Source: Candidatus Limnocylindria bacterium | GTDB taxonomy: Bacteria > Chloroflexota > Limnocylindria > QHBO01 | NCBI GenBank assembly: GCA_038209995.1 | Contig: JBBQXD010000012.1 | Location: 1,514 to 65,513 of the forward strand | Direction of reading: 5' to 3' | DNA length: 64,000 bases | Shown here: positions 54,886 through 63,797 of the stretch, piece by piece | Position numbering within the stretch: position 1 is the stretch's first letter | Layout of the letters: each line of letters starts with the position of its first letter | Translations under genes and position numbers: made by a program | The notes under the pieces: model-generated | The model's input: the letters and a program-made list of their open reading frames with translations, nothing else | What the model was told of the DNA's origin: nothing | Database searches by the model: none

Positions 54886-55307
54886 CCGACGCGGTCGACC
54901 GTCGGGCCAGCGCCCGGAAAATTGGAAGGGCCCCATCGATGGGGGCCCTTCCGCGTGGCGAGTTCGATGCGTGATCTGCGCTGGCGTCGCCCAGCGGCGA
55001 ACCGGCCGATCACGAGGACCGGTGCGGCCAGCCCCGTCAGAAGCATGAACCCGATGATCACCAGGTTGCCTGCGCCGTCCGAGCTCGCCGCTATTGCGGT
55101 GTTCGGAAGCGGCTCGGGCGTGCCTGTCGCGGCTGCAACGGACTGCTCGGGCGTCTGGCTGGCGACCGGGGTCTCCGAGACCGAGGTAACCGGCGTGGGG
55201 GTCGGGGTCGGCGTCAGGGTGGACGTCCCCTCGACCGGCGTCGGGGTCGGCGTGGGCGTTGGCGTTGGCGTTGGCGTGGGGGTCGGGGTCGGCTCGGCGA
55301 CCGTCAC
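54591..55307 (-). CDS. uncertain ORF: (Thr-Pro)n repeat protein with LPNTA motif, TM helix and basic stretch; no stop codon before the terminator hairpin
   Basis: High GC3 across EPTPTPTPTPTPTPTPTPTPVEG...LPNTAIAASSDGAGNLVIIGFMLLTGLAAPVLVIGRFAAGRRQRR. Possible GTG start at 55307 with GGAG 3 nt upstream. The formal stop is only at 54591, antisense inside the tadG-like gene, so the 3' end is suspect. Confidence 0.3.
   Translation of the reverse strand: MTVAEPTPTPTPTPTPTPTPTPTPVEGTSTLTPTPTPTPVTSVSETPVASQTPEQSVAAATGTPEPLPNTAIAASSDGAGNLVIIGFMLLTGLAAPVLVIGRFAAGRRQRRSRIELATRKGPHRWGPSNFPGAGPTVDRVGYGTTSRTGLPRMLTSHVVVSLPPATSYSIFHHPASVSPAGVRPTLPYVVGSGMLITSTELSNALLPPLFVSICVRPEALHASLEPLHCASAEYEKVA
54924..54952. 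terminator. perfect 11-bp GC hairpin between convergent genes
   Basis: GGAAGGGCCCC (54924-54934), loop ATCGATG, GGGGCCCTTCC (54942-54952). A T-run (AATTTTCC) follows it on the minus strand only. Confidence 0.6.
55192..55293 (-). repeat. hexanucleotide (ACN-CCN) coding repeat encoding (Thr-Pro)n
   Basis: Plus strand reads GGCGTGGGGGTCGGGGTCGGCGTC ... GGCGTCGGGGTCGGCGTGGGCGTTGGCGTTGGCGTTGGCGTGGGGGTCGGGGTCGGC. Confidence 0.85.
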
Positions 55308-55449
55308 CGTCTCCTGATCCTTGGCCGTGAAGCTGTTGCCCCGATATTCCCCGCTGGCCGGTACCGATGGCGCGCGATGGCGCGCCGCGGATTGCGGGTG
55401 ATAACGCGCCGCTAACGGACCGCAAAGAGGCCCGCACGAACATTGGCTG

Positions 55450-56109
55450 GTGACGTTCAGCGATCTCCTCCAGGTCCTTCTCCCGCCGGGGTGCGCGGGA
55501 TGTGGCCGCTTCGGGGCCCTGCTGTGCGCCGGATGCCGAGCCGGCATGCGCCCGGCGGTCGATCCCCGGACCGCATTCCTGGCGGCTGATCCCGCGACGA
55601 TTTCGGGGAGCGGCCTGGAGCTCGCGGTCGCGGCGCTTCGGCACGACGGCGTCGTGCGGCGCTGCCTTCAGCGACTGAAGTACGGGGGCGCATCGCGGCT
55701 CGCGGCGGTCCTGGCAGTCGAGGCATTGCCCACGCTCGATCACCTGCTCGCATTGAGCGGACCCGCCACGCTCGTCCCCGTGCCGATCCATCCCATCCGG
55801 CGCCGGGAGCGCGGGTACAACCAGGCTGAGCTCCTGGCGGGGAGGCTGGCTTCAGCGCGTCACCTGCGGATGGCCGATCTCCTCTTCCGCGGCCGCGAGA
55901 CACAGCGCCAGCACCGGCTCGACCGAGCGGCGCGGCTGCGGAACATGCGTGCCGCGATCCGCATGCGCCCGGGAGTCCTGGCACCGGGGCGGGTCATTCT
56001 GGTGGATGACATCCTGACCACCGGCGCAACCTTCGAGGCGTGCGCCGCGGTGCTGCGCGAGTCGGGGAGCGTGGAGGTCTTCGGACTGGCGATCGCACGC
56101 GAAATCTGA
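55450..56109 (+). CDS. comF: ComF-family protein (phosphoribosyltransferase-type domain)
   Basis: N-terminal Cys pairs PPGCAGCGRFGALLCAGCRAG. PRTase motif VILVDDILTTGATF. Confidence 0.8.
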   Translation: MTFSDLLQVLLPPGCAGCGRFGALLCAGCRAGMRPAVDPRTAFLAADPATISGSGLELAVAALRHDGVVRRCLQRLKYGGASRLAAVLAVEALPTLDHLLALSGPATLVPVPIHPIRRRERGYNQAELLAGRLASARHLRMADLLFRGRETQRQHRLDRAARLRNMRAAIRMRPGVLAPGRVILVDDILTTGATFEACAAVLRESGSVEVFGLAIAREI

Positions 56110-56130
56110 GCTCGGGAAATCTGAGCTCGG
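56101..56130 (+). repeat. 15-bp tandem duplication spanning the comF stop codon
   Basis: GAAATCTGAGCTCGG at 56101-56115 and at 56116-56130. Confidence 0.85.
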
Positions 56131-56202
56131 CGAAAGCTCGGCCAATGCGGGCGAGTGCTAGGCTGGGATCTGTCAGCCGCACCGGAGCCCCGCCCCGTGA
56201 GG

Positions 56203-56766
56203 ATGAACGTCAAGGCGCGTAACCTGGTCCTCACCGAGCAGCTTCGGGCGCAGGTCGAGCGCAAGCTCCGACGCCTCGAGCGCATCGCGCATCCCGATGC
56301 CGAGGTCGACCTCGAGCTCATCGCTACTTTCTCGCGCGCGGCCGATGCCTCGCACGTCGCCGAGGCCACCATCGTCTCGAACGGGGCCGTCCTGCGCTCG
56401 ACCGCGTCGGGCGTCACGCCGATCACCGCCGTGGACGCGCTCCTCGACAAGCTCGAGCGGCAGGTCATCCGATCGCGGCAGCGGCCGCGCAGCGTTCGCG
56501 AGCGACAGGCCGATGAGGCGTCCGCCGTCTTGGCCCGTGAGGCGCGCGGCACCGTGTCGCCGGACGAGGTGCCGGCAACGACGTCGGTCGTCGAGATCAA
56601 GCGGTTCGACATCGAGCCGATGTTCCAGGAGGACGCGATCGCCCGCATGGAGGAGCTGGGCCATGCGTTCTTCATCTTCCTCAACGCCGAGACGAACGAC
56701 GTCTGCGTCCTCTACCGCCGGCGAGACGGGAACTACGGGGTCATCGAGCCGGTCGTGGGTCGCTGA
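56203..56766 (+). CDS. hpf: ribosome hibernation-promoting factor, long form
   Basis: MNVKARNLVLTEQLRAQVERKLRRLERI (S30AE/RaiA N-domain). C-terminal dimerisation domain EIKRFDIEPMFQEDAIARMEELGHAFFIFLNAETNDVCVLYRRRDGNYGVIEP. Confidence 0.9.
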   Translation: MNVKARNLVLTEQLRAQVERKLRRLERIAHPDAEVDLELIATFSRAADASHVAEATIVSNGAVLRSTASGVTPITAVDALLDKLERQVIRSRQRPRSVRERQADEASAVLAREARGTVSPDEVPATTSVVEIKRFDIEPMFQEDAIARMEELGHAFFIFLNAETNDVCVLYRRRDGNYGVIEPVVGR

Positions 56767-56780
56767 GTGCGACGTCGCGG

Positions 56781-56942
56781 TCAGGAGCGCCCGAGCATCG
56801 GCAGGACCAGGAGCGCCGCGACGATGACGATGAGCGCCACGAAGAAGACGACGAGCGCGATCGTCAGCGGATCAGCCTTGACGCGGCGCCCCTCCGATGG
56901 CTCCTCGACCCCCGGCTCGCGCTGATCCGCGTCGTCCTCCAT
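56781..56942 (-). CDS. possible small acidic-N-terminus single-pass membrane protein
   Basis: MEDDADQREPGVEEPSEGRRVKADPLTIALVVFFVALIVIVAALLVLPMLGRS. Very high GC3. Its start codon overlaps the divergent nfo start (CATG). Confidence 0.4.
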   Translation of the reverse strand: MEDDADQREPGVEEPSEGRRVKADPLTIALVVFFVALIVIVAALLVLPMLGRS

Positions 56943-57942
56943 GGGCCGCACCGTAGCACGCCCCGAGCCGCGTCGGCGGCTCAGCTGGCCTGACCACGCG
57001 CCGCCGGTAGGGATCCATCTGAGCGTCGCCGGTGGCCTGCTCAAGGCCGGGCGGCGGGCTCGCCAGATCGGGGCGCGGGCGCTCCAGATCTTCAGTGACA
57101 ACCCCACCGCCTGGCGCCGGCGCCCGGCTCCGCCGACCGATGCCGGCGCGTTCGTCGAGTACGCCGCACGGTCCGGCATCGGTCCCATCGCGATTCACGC
57201 CAGCTACCTCATCAACCTCGCCGGTCGAGCCGAGACCTTCGCCACACAGTCGCGGGCCGGCCTCGTCACCGAGCTGCGCCGGGCCGGCGACTACGGCGCC
57301 ACGCTCGTGAACACGCACATCGGCTCGCACCTCGGGGAGGGGCGGGCGGATGGGCTGCGGCGCGTCGCCGCCACCATCACGGCGGTGCTGGCCGAGACAC
57401 CGGATGCGGCGATCCTCGTCCTCGAGAACTCGGCGGGTGGTGGCGGCACGCTCGGCACGACGATCGAGGAGCTGGCGACGATCCTCGAGGGAGTCACCGG
57501 CGACGCGTCGCGGCTCGCGTTCTGCCTCGACACCGCCCATCGGTGGGGCGCCGGCTACGACGTCGGAAGCGCCGACGGGGCTGCGGCGGTCATCGACCGC
57601 TTCGACGAGCTCATCGGTCTCGAGCGCCTGCGGCTGGTCCATCTCAATGACTCGAAGTCGCTCCGCCGCTCCCGGTCGGATCGCCACGAGCACCTCGGCG
57701 CGGGGCGCATCGGGCCGGCCGGCCTCGGCACGCTGCTTCGCGATCCGCGGCTGCGCCGCACGGCGTTTGTGCTCGAGACGCCCGGAGTCGACGAGGGCTA
57801 CGACGCGGTCAACGTCCGGCGCGCGCGACTGCTGTTCGATGGGGCGCAGGCGCTGCCCGATCTGCCACCGCGGGCGTTCCGGCTCAACCGGCGATCGACG
57901 CGCGGAGGCATCGGGCGGGCGATGAAACCCGGCGAGGGCTAG
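56941..57942 (+). CDS. nfo: endonuclease IV (AP endonuclease, TIM-barrel)
   Basis: GIHLSVAGG, IHASYLINLA, HIGSH, LENSAGGG, CLDTAH, HLNDSK, DRHEHLGAGRIG: the metal-ligand pattern of Nfo. Confidence 0.9.
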   Translation: MGRTVARPEPRRRLSWPDHAPPVGIHLSVAGGLLKAGRRARQIGARALQIFSDNPTAWRRRPAPPTDAGAFVEYAARSGIGPIAIHASYLINLAGRAETFATQSRAGLVTELRRAGDYGATLVNTHIGSHLGEGRADGLRRVAATITAVLAETPDAAILVLENSAGGGGTLGTTIEELATILEGVTGDASRLAFCLDTAHRWGAGYDVGSADGAAAVIDRFDELIGLERLRLVHLNDSKSLRRSRSDRHEHLGAGRIGPAGLGTLLRDPRLRRTAFVLETPGVDEGYDAVNVRRARLLFDGAQALPDLPPRAFRLNRRSTRGGIGRAMKPGEG

Positions 57943-58346
57943 GCGCCTCGGCTCAGCCCGTTCTGGGGGGCGCCATTCTCGCCATTGCCATTGCGCATGC
58001 GGCGGGTGCGGACCGTCAGGTAGGCGTGCATCAGCTCGCGAACATCGGACTCGGTGAGGAGGTCGTCACCGCGCAGGGAGTACTCGACGCGCGTGGTCGG
58101 CAGGAGCTGACGGCTGTTGAGGCTGGCGAAGTACGCGGGGCCGTCCGCCTCGTCGCCGATCTCGCGGAGGCCGCGTGCCAGCTTGGTGGCGGTGCCGAGC
58201 GACGGCATGCGATCACCCTTGATGAGCCGCGAGATGGTGGAGTGGTCAACCCCGGACTGCAAGGCGAGTTGCCGCTGGCTCATCTTCTTCTCCTTCAGCT
58301 GGCTGCGAAGCCAGGAGTTGAAGGAGCGGGGGTTCTCGAAGCTCAT
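57939..58346 (-). CDS. XRE-family helix-turn-helix transcriptional regulator
   Basis: MSQRQLALQSGVDHSTISRLIKGDR. Start taken at MSFENPR (58346). Confidence 0.75.
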   Translation of the reverse strand: MSFENPRSFNSWLRSQLKEKKMSQRQLALQSGVDHSTISRLIKGDRMPSLGTATKLARGLREIGDEADGPAYFASLNSRQLLPTTRVEYSLRGDDLLTESDVRELMHAYLTVRTRRMRNGNGENGAPQNGLSRGA

Positions 58347-58466
58347 GCACTCTGTCCGTATGCCGTGACGCCACCGCCCACTCAAGGCACGGTCGGTGGT
58401 GCGTCCGAGCAACCGGATCGTCGCAGCAGGGGAAACGCCCCTCAATGACCCAAAGGTACCGATGCG

Positions 58467-59630
58467 TCAGCGGCTCGCCGGATGTCCCGCGGGGCGCGCA
58501 CCGGTGCCGTGCGCACGGCGCACGAGCGGGCTCACCGCATAGAACATGCCGCCGAGGATGATGACGGTCACGATGCTGATCGCGCGGTCGGTGAGCGCCA
58601 CCGCGGTGGCAGGCTCGTTCGGCACCCCGTAGATGAGGAGCACGCCCGCGATGGCGAGCTCGACGAAGCCCACGCCGGCGGGCGTGAGCGGGATGGCGGT
58701 CACCAGCGCCGCCGCAAGCGCGACGAAGACCGCGCTGCTGATGCCGAGATGGCTCACCTGTGGCAGGTCGAGGGCGCGGATCACGAAGAAAACGCGCACC
58801 CCTTCGAGAATCCAGATGAGGACCGTCAGACCGATGATGATCGGCACGCTGCGGGCCGTCAGAGCAGCGGTGCTGCCCTCGTGGAACCGCTCCCACAGTG
58901 ATGCGAAGCGCTGCGGCAGGAACCGGGTCAGGCGGTGGCCCGCGAAGCGCAGCGCGATGACGAAGGCGATGAGAGCCACGGCCGCCACGAAGCCGATCGC
59001 GAAGATGGTGTCCACCTCCGGCCGGTTCCGGCCCCGGAACGACCAGAAGCCGGCGGCGAGGGCCAGGGAGGCGATGACGATCACGTCGGCGATGCGCTCG
59101 ATGAAGATGGTGCCGATGGTGCGCGAGGTCGAGCCGCCGAAGTTGCCGCGCAGCAGGAAGGCGCGGTACAGGTCGCCGAGCTTGGCCGGCACGATGCAGT
59201 TCACGAACCACGACAGGAAGAGCATCCCGGTCGCGGCAGGGTACGGGACATGGGTCCCCACCTTGCGCAGCACGTACCACCAGCGCAGCCCGCGCAGCGG
59301 GAACGTCGCGTAGTAGGCGCCGAGCGCCACGAGCAGGAGGAGCGGATTGGCGCCGATGATGTGCGACCACATCTGGCCCCAGTTGATCTTGAGCACGAAC
59401 GCGAAGAGGAAGACGAGGATGCCGATCCCGAAGACGATCGAGGCGATCGTCCGCCAGTTCAGGAAGCGGGACCCCAGGCTGACCTCGCCCTCGGGGATCT
59501 GCTCGCCGGGCGCGGCATCCAGGAACTCGGTCGGCTCGTAGAGCGAGTGCCCATGCTCGGCGTGCGCCGCCGGCTGCTCCGCGCGCCTCTGCTCGTCGGG
59601 AATCCGCTCGTCCGGACGCCCCTCAGCCAC
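58467..59630 (-). CDS. UPF0104 / lysyl-phosphatidylglycerol-synthase-TM-region-like (flippase-like) membrane protein
   Basis: WRTIASIVFGIGILVFLFAFVLKINWGQMWSHIIGANPLLLLVALGAYYATFPLRGLRWWYVLRKVG and ~8 TM helices. GTG start at 59630 overlaps the upstream stop by 8 nt. Confidence 0.7.
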   Translation of the reverse strand: MAEGRPDERIPDEQRRAEQPAAHAEHGHSLYEPTEFLDAAPGEQIPEGEVSLGSRFLNWRTIASIVFGIGILVFLFAFVLKINWGQMWSHIIGANPLLLLVALGAYYATFPLRGLRWWYVLRKVGTHVPYPAATGMLFLSWFVNCIVPAKLGDLYRAFLLRGNFGGSTSRTIGTIFIERIADVIVIASLALAAGFWSFRGRNRPEVDTIFAIGFVAAVALIAFVIALRFAGHRLTRFLPQRFASLWERFHEGSTAALTARSVPIIIGLTVLIWILEGVRVFFVIRALDLPQVSHLGISSAVFVALAAALVTAIPLTPAGVGFVELAIAGVLLIYGVPNEPATAVALTDRAISIVTVIILGGMFYAVSPLVRRAHGTGARPAGHPASR

Positions 59631-60510
59631 GCTCCTGGGCCTCTGGATCGTTCGGCTCGGGAAGCTCGGCGGGCGCCGGCCGGCTGACGGGCTCCTTCTC
59701 GACGGTCGCGGGCCTCTCCGGCCCGAGGATCGGTCCGGTCGCGGTCCGCTTCCCGCGCCAGCCGTCGAAGATGTTGCGCCACACCGCCCAGCGGGTGGTG
59801 AGGTGGATGAGGACCGTCGAGCGCGACCCGTGCCAGTCGTTGGTGCGCAGCGCGGCCCGGAGGGTAGCGGCATCGTCGAACGCGACCAGCGCGTTGAAGC
59901 TCATCGCGATCTCGAAGCGCGAGTGGGAGTCACTGGCGGCGATCGCGGGGATCCGGTGGCGTGCCGCAAACTCTGCCGCCGCCTCGTTGTGGCGCTGGAG
60001 CGTCACGCGGCTGTTGAAGACCTCGACCATGTCGATCTTGCCGGCCGCCGCGAGCGCGATGAGCGGCGCCTCCCGGATGTGCGAGGCGCGGAACGGATCG
60101 TACGGGTGCGGGATGCTCACCAGGCCGCCCTGGGCGTGGATCGCATCGGCCGTGGCGTCCGCCGTCAGCCCGCGCGGGATCGTGCGAGTGAGGAAGATCC
60201 CGACCACCTCACCGTCGCTGGTGCTGACCTCCTCCCCCAAGATGACGGTCAGCTCATCGGCCAGGCCCAGCTCGGCGACCTTGTCGCGGACCGCGATCGC
60301 GCCCTCCACGTTGTTGTGGTTCGTGATCGCGACGTGGGTCAACCCGCGCTCGATGGCGGTGCGGATGAAGCGCTCCTCGCCGAGGATCGAATCGCGCGAG
60401 AAGCGGGTGTGGATGTGGAAGTCGGCGAACGTGGTCGGAACCTCCGCCGCCCCTCCGGTCCGCTCCTTCAATGCCGCGCGCAGGTCGGTCGCCGACGCGG
60501 CGACCGTCAC
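59623..60510 (-). CDS. PHP-domain metal-dependent phosphoesterase
   Basis: [44 protein letters not shown]...SIPHPYDP...ASDSHS. The GTG start forms a GTGA overlap with the mreB stop. Confidence 0.8.
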   Translation of the reverse strand: MTVAASATDLRAALKERTGGAAEVPTTFADFHIHTRFSRDSILGEERFIRTAIERGLTHVAITNHNNVEGAIAVRDKVAELGLADELTVILGEEVSTSDGEVVGIFLTRTIPRGLTADATADAIHAQGGLVSIPHPYDPFRASHIREAPLIALAAAGKIDMVEVFNSRVTLQRHNEAAAEFAARHRIPAIAASDSHSRFEIAMSFNALVAFDDAATLRAALRTNDWHGSRSTVLIHLTTRWAVWRNIFDGWRGKRTATGPILGPERPATVEKEPVSRPAPAELPEPNDPEAQERG

Positions 60511-61502
60511 GAAGAGCTCACGAGGCTCTTGCGGAACGTGCTGAAGTGCTCGAGCGCCAGGCCGGTGCCGACGGCCACGCTGTTCAGGGCGTTCTCGGCG
60601 ACGTGGCACGGGATCCCGGTGACCTGGGTCAGGAGGGTGTCCAGGTTCCTGAGCAGCGAGCCGCCGCCGGACATCACCATCCCCTTGTCGATGATGTCGC
60701 TCGACAGCTCGGGAGGCGTCTGCTCGAGGACGTTGCGCACCGCGGTCACGATCTGCTGGAGCGGCTGCTCGATCGCCTCGGTGATCTCGGTCGAGGTGAT
60801 CGGGATCGTGCGCGGCAGGCCGGCGATCATGTCCCGGCCCTTGACCTCCATCGTGAGCGGCTCGTCGAGCGGCAGCGCCGAGCCGATCTGGATCTTGACA
60901 TCCTCGGCGGTGCGGTCGCCGATCATGAGGTTGTACTTGCGCCGGATGTAGTTGGCGATCGCCTCGTCGAACCGATTGCCGCCGACGCGGACGCTGTCCG
61001 CGACCACGATCCCGCCGAGGGCGATGACCGCGATCTCGCTCGTCCCGCCGCCGATGTCGATGATCATGTTCCCCGACGGCCCCGAGATCGGGACGTTGGC
61101 GCCGATCGCCGCAGCGAGCGGCTCCTCGATGAGGTAGGCCTCTCTGGCCCCGGCCTTGAGGGCAGCGTCGCGGACGGCGCGCTTCTCGACGCTCGTGACG
61201 CCGGACGGGACGCTGATCATGACGTCGGGCTTGAAGAGGCGGACGCGAGCGACCTTGTTGAGGACGTACTTCAGCATCGCCTCGGTGATGAGGTAGTCGG
61301 CGATCACGCCGTCGCGCATCGGCCGGATGGCCCGCACGTTGCCCGGGGTGCGCCCGATCATCTCGCGCGCCTCCTCGCCCACCGCCACGAGCCGGTTGTC
61401 GTCGTCACTGATCGCCACGACCGAGGGCTCGTTGAGGACGACGCCCTTGCCCTTGACGTAGACGAGGATGTTGGCGGTGCCGAGGTCGATGCCGATCTTC
61501 AT
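60507..61502 (-). CDS. mreB: rod-shape-determining actin homolog MreB
   Basis: [31 protein letters not shown]...[20 protein letters not shown]...[14 protein letters not shown]. Confidence 0.95.
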   Translation of the reverse strand: MKIGIDLGTANILVYVKGKGVVLNEPSVVAISDDDNRLVAVGEEAREMIGRTPGNVRAIRPMRDGVIADYLITEAMLKYVLNKVARVRLFKPDVMISVPSGVTSVEKRAVRDAALKAGAREAYLIEEPLAAAIGANVPISGPSGNMIIDIGGGTSEIAVIALGGIVVADSVRVGGNRFDEAIANYIRRKYNLMIGDRTAEDVKIQIGSALPLDEPLTMEVKGRDMIAGLPRTIPITSTEITEAIEQPLQQIVTAVRNVLEQTPPELSSDIIDKGMVMSGGGSLLRNLDTLLTQVTGIPCHVAENALNSVAVGTGLALEHFSTFRKSLVSSS

Positions 61503-61612
61503 GCGTGCGCTTACCGGTCCGTACGGGCGTGGGGCGCCCGAAGTATACCGATCGGAAGGCGGCCCCGGCCGCGAGTCGGGGTCTCTCGTGGCCCGCGACA
61601 CACGGGACGTGT

Positions 61613-61732
61613 CAAGGGGCGCTCGGGGCGCGGCTGGGCGCGGCTGGGCGCGGCTGGGCGCGTGAGCAAGCCATGGTCCTGCGGCCGCGGCACAGGAGAC
61701 CGGCCAAGGGGCGCTCAGGGCGCGGCTGGGCT
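61613..61732. repeat. direct repeats in the mreB/nei divergent intergenic region
   Basis: CAAGGGGCGCTC(G/A)GGGCGCGGCTGGG at 61613-61640 and at 61705-61732. The first copy is followed by the decamer CGGCTGGGCG x3 (61631-61660). Confidence 0.8.
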
Positions 61733-61983
61733 CGTTCTCAGGCCATCCCCGCACTCAGGATCTGCCAGATGCCGCCTCAATGGCGCGATGGCACGCCAGG
61801 CGGGCCGTTTGGGCGCAGGCCCTGGGTCGCGATGGCCCGTTACCCAGGCTCAGCTCCAGGCCCGGGACCCGCAAAGCACCGCCGCCGTACCGATGCCAGG
61901 CGGCCGATCACCGGCGCCTTGGCGGTGAGTTGTCGCCATCGCGCCGAGCGGCGGACTTTCGGCATCGCGGCGACAATGAGCCG

Positions 61984-62778
61984 ATGCCCGAAGGCGACAC
62001 GATCTTCCGCACCGCCACCGTCCTGCGCGCGGCGCTCGTGGGGGGCGTGGTGACCGCCGCGCGCGCTCAGCCGCGGCCCGGCATCCGGCGCGTGCCGGAC
62101 CTGACGTCGCTCGTCGGATCGCGGGTCGAGCGCGTCGAGCCGCGCGGCAAGCACCTGCTCATCGGGTTCGAGGGTGGCCGGACGCTGCATACCCACCTTC
62201 GGATGAGCGGCTCGTGGCATCGGTACCGGCCCGGCGAGGCATGGCGCCGGCCGGCGTCGCAGGCGAGCGTGATCCTCGAGACCGCGGAAAGCGTCGCCGT
62301 CTGCTTCAACGCGCCGAGCGTCGAGCTCCTCTCCGAGCGCGAGGTCGACCGGCATCGGGCCCTGACAGGGCTCGGCCCCGACCTGCTCGGGCGCACCTTC
62401 GACACCGATGCCGCGCTCGCCCGGCTCCGCGAGCGCCATGGGATACCGCTCGGCGAGGCGCTCCTCGACCAGCGCGCGGTGGCGGGGATCGGCAACGTCT
62501 ACAAGAGCGAGATCTGCTTCCTCGAGCGGCTCGACCCGTGGGCGCCGGTCGGCGACGTCGAAGACGAGGCGCTGCGCCATGCGCTTGGCACCGCCCGCCG
62601 CCTCATGCGCGCGAACGTGCGTGGCGGTGCGCGCCAGACGCGCGCCGAGGGCGGCCTCTGGGTCTACGGCCGCGCCGGGCGGCCATGCCGCCGATGTGGG
62701 ACGCGCATCGAGGTGCGGCGCCAGGGGGAGCTGGCGCGCCTCACGTACTGGTGCCCTCGCTGCCAGGGGATCGGCTGA
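61984..62778 (+). CDS. nei: Fpg/Nei-family DNA glycosylase (endonuclease VIII-like)
   Basis: Catalytic N-terminus MPEGDTIF. H2TH region GIGNVYKSEICF. Zinc finger CRRCGTRIEVRRQGELARLTYWCPRCQ. Confidence 0.85.
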   Translation: MPEGDTIFRTATVLRAALVGGVVTAARAQPRPGIRRVPDLTSLVGSRVERVEPRGKHLLIGFEGGRTLHTHLRMSGSWHRYRPGEAWRRPASQASVILETAESVAVCFNAPSVELLSEREVDRHRALTGLGPDLLGRTFDTDAALARLRERHGIPLGEALLDQRAVAGIGNVYKSEICFLERLDPWAPVGDVEDEALRHALGTARRLMRANVRGGARQTRAEGGLWVYGRAGRPCRRCGTRIEVRRQGELARLTYWCPRCQGIG

Positions 62779-62840
62779 GCGACAACATGCGCGCAGCGGT
62801 GCGCGGTCGCGCACCATGGGCTCTTCGCAGCGCTAGGAAG

Positions 62841-63299
62841 ATGACCGTGAAATGGATCACTCGCGAGCACGTCAAGGTCGATCGCGTGGCCTGTCCCTGG
62901 TTGATTCGCCACTACATCGACCCCGCCGCCGAGTTCCTCTTCGTTCCCGCCTCGGACGTTGACGCAACCGCCGAGCGGGAGGGCGCGACCGCGTTCGACA
63001 CGCCAGGGGTGAGGCTCGGCCATCGCGACGGGCAGTGCAGCTTCGAGACGATCATCGCCGAGTACGGGCTCCTGGAGCGCGAACCGGCCCTGGCGCGGCT
63101 GGCGAGCATCGTGCACGGCGCCGATGTCGCGGCCGACATCGATTCCGTCCCCGAGTCGCGGGGCCTGAAGGCGATCGCCGAAGGCTTCGGGATGATCCTG
63201 GCCGACGACCGCGCGATCCTCCAGGCCGAGTTCCCGGTCTACGACGCCCTCCTGGCGTGGTGCGCCCACCAGGACGCGCAGGGTCGCGGGCCCGCCTGA
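62841..63299 (+). CDS. chromate-resistance (ChrB C-terminal domain)-like protein
   Basis: KWITREHVKVDRVACPWLIRHYIDPAAEFLFVP resembles the Chrome_Resist family signature. Confidence 0.65.
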   Translation: MTVKWITREHVKVDRVACPWLIRHYIDPAAEFLFVPASDVDATAEREGATAFDTPGVRLGHRDGQCSFETIIAEYGLLEREPALARLASIVHGADVAADIDSVPESRGLKAIAEGFGMILADDRAILQAEFPVYDALLAWCAHQDAQGRGPA

Positions 63300-63317
63300 C
63301 CTCTGCCGACGGCCCGG

Positions 63318-63797
63318 TCAGGAACCGCGGAGCGCCGCCAGGGCACGCGCCAGGCGCGCCGCCCTCGTCTCCGGCCGCTTCGCGTCGGCGATGGGGCCCG
63401 CGAGCTCGCGGCGCCGCGTGAACGCGAGTCCATCGAAGCGCTCGCGCAGTGCCGGCTCAGCCGCGAACGCGGCCTCGAGCTCCGCCTGCAGCTCGAGCAC
63501 GCGAGGCGCGTCGTCGCGCGCCACCTCGAGGGTCGCCTCGTCGCCGATCTCCCCTCCCACCGCCTCCCGGGTCGCCTTGTGGACGCCGATGCACAGGCGA
63601 CCGCCACCCATCGGCATCGTGCTGGAACGGAACGGCAGCCCGTTGAGCGTCCCGACGACGCGCATCTGCTTCAGGCCGCCGAGGCCGGCGATGAGGTCGA
63701 CGGGCACCTCGACGAGCGCACCGCCGCCGCGCGAGCCATCGGCACGTACGCTGCCCGCCGCGATGATCGGGCCGGCGAAGCGGATCGTGTCGCTCAT
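63318..63797 (-). CDS. YdeI/DUF1905-family protein
   Basis: GGGALVEVPVDL...MRVVGTLNGLPFRSSTMPMGGGRLCIGV (DUF1905-like). The C-terminal FTRRRELAGPIADAKRPETRAARLARAL is YdeI-like. Confidence 0.65.
   Translation of the reverse strand: MSDTIRFAGPIIAAGSVRADGSRGGGALVEVPVDLIAGLGGLKQMRVVGTLNGLPFRSSTMPMGGGRLCIGVHKATREAVGGEIGDEATLEVARDDAPRVLELQAELEAAFAAEPALRERFDGLAFTRRRELAGPIADAKRPETRAARLARALAALRGS

Noticed and set aside
54922-55317. Plus-strand ORF encoding (Gly-Val)n
   Set aside because: It is the mirror image of the minus-strand (Thr-Pro)n frame. It starts inside the terminator hairpin and has poor coding character. The minus frame has the TM helix and high GC3.
52744-55791. 1015-aa minus-strand ORF, the longest in the window
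   Set aside because: It is antisense to the large TadG-like gene and out of frame with the TP-repeat region. It has no signal peptide, TM helix or domain motifs and is very rich in R/G/A/D/P.
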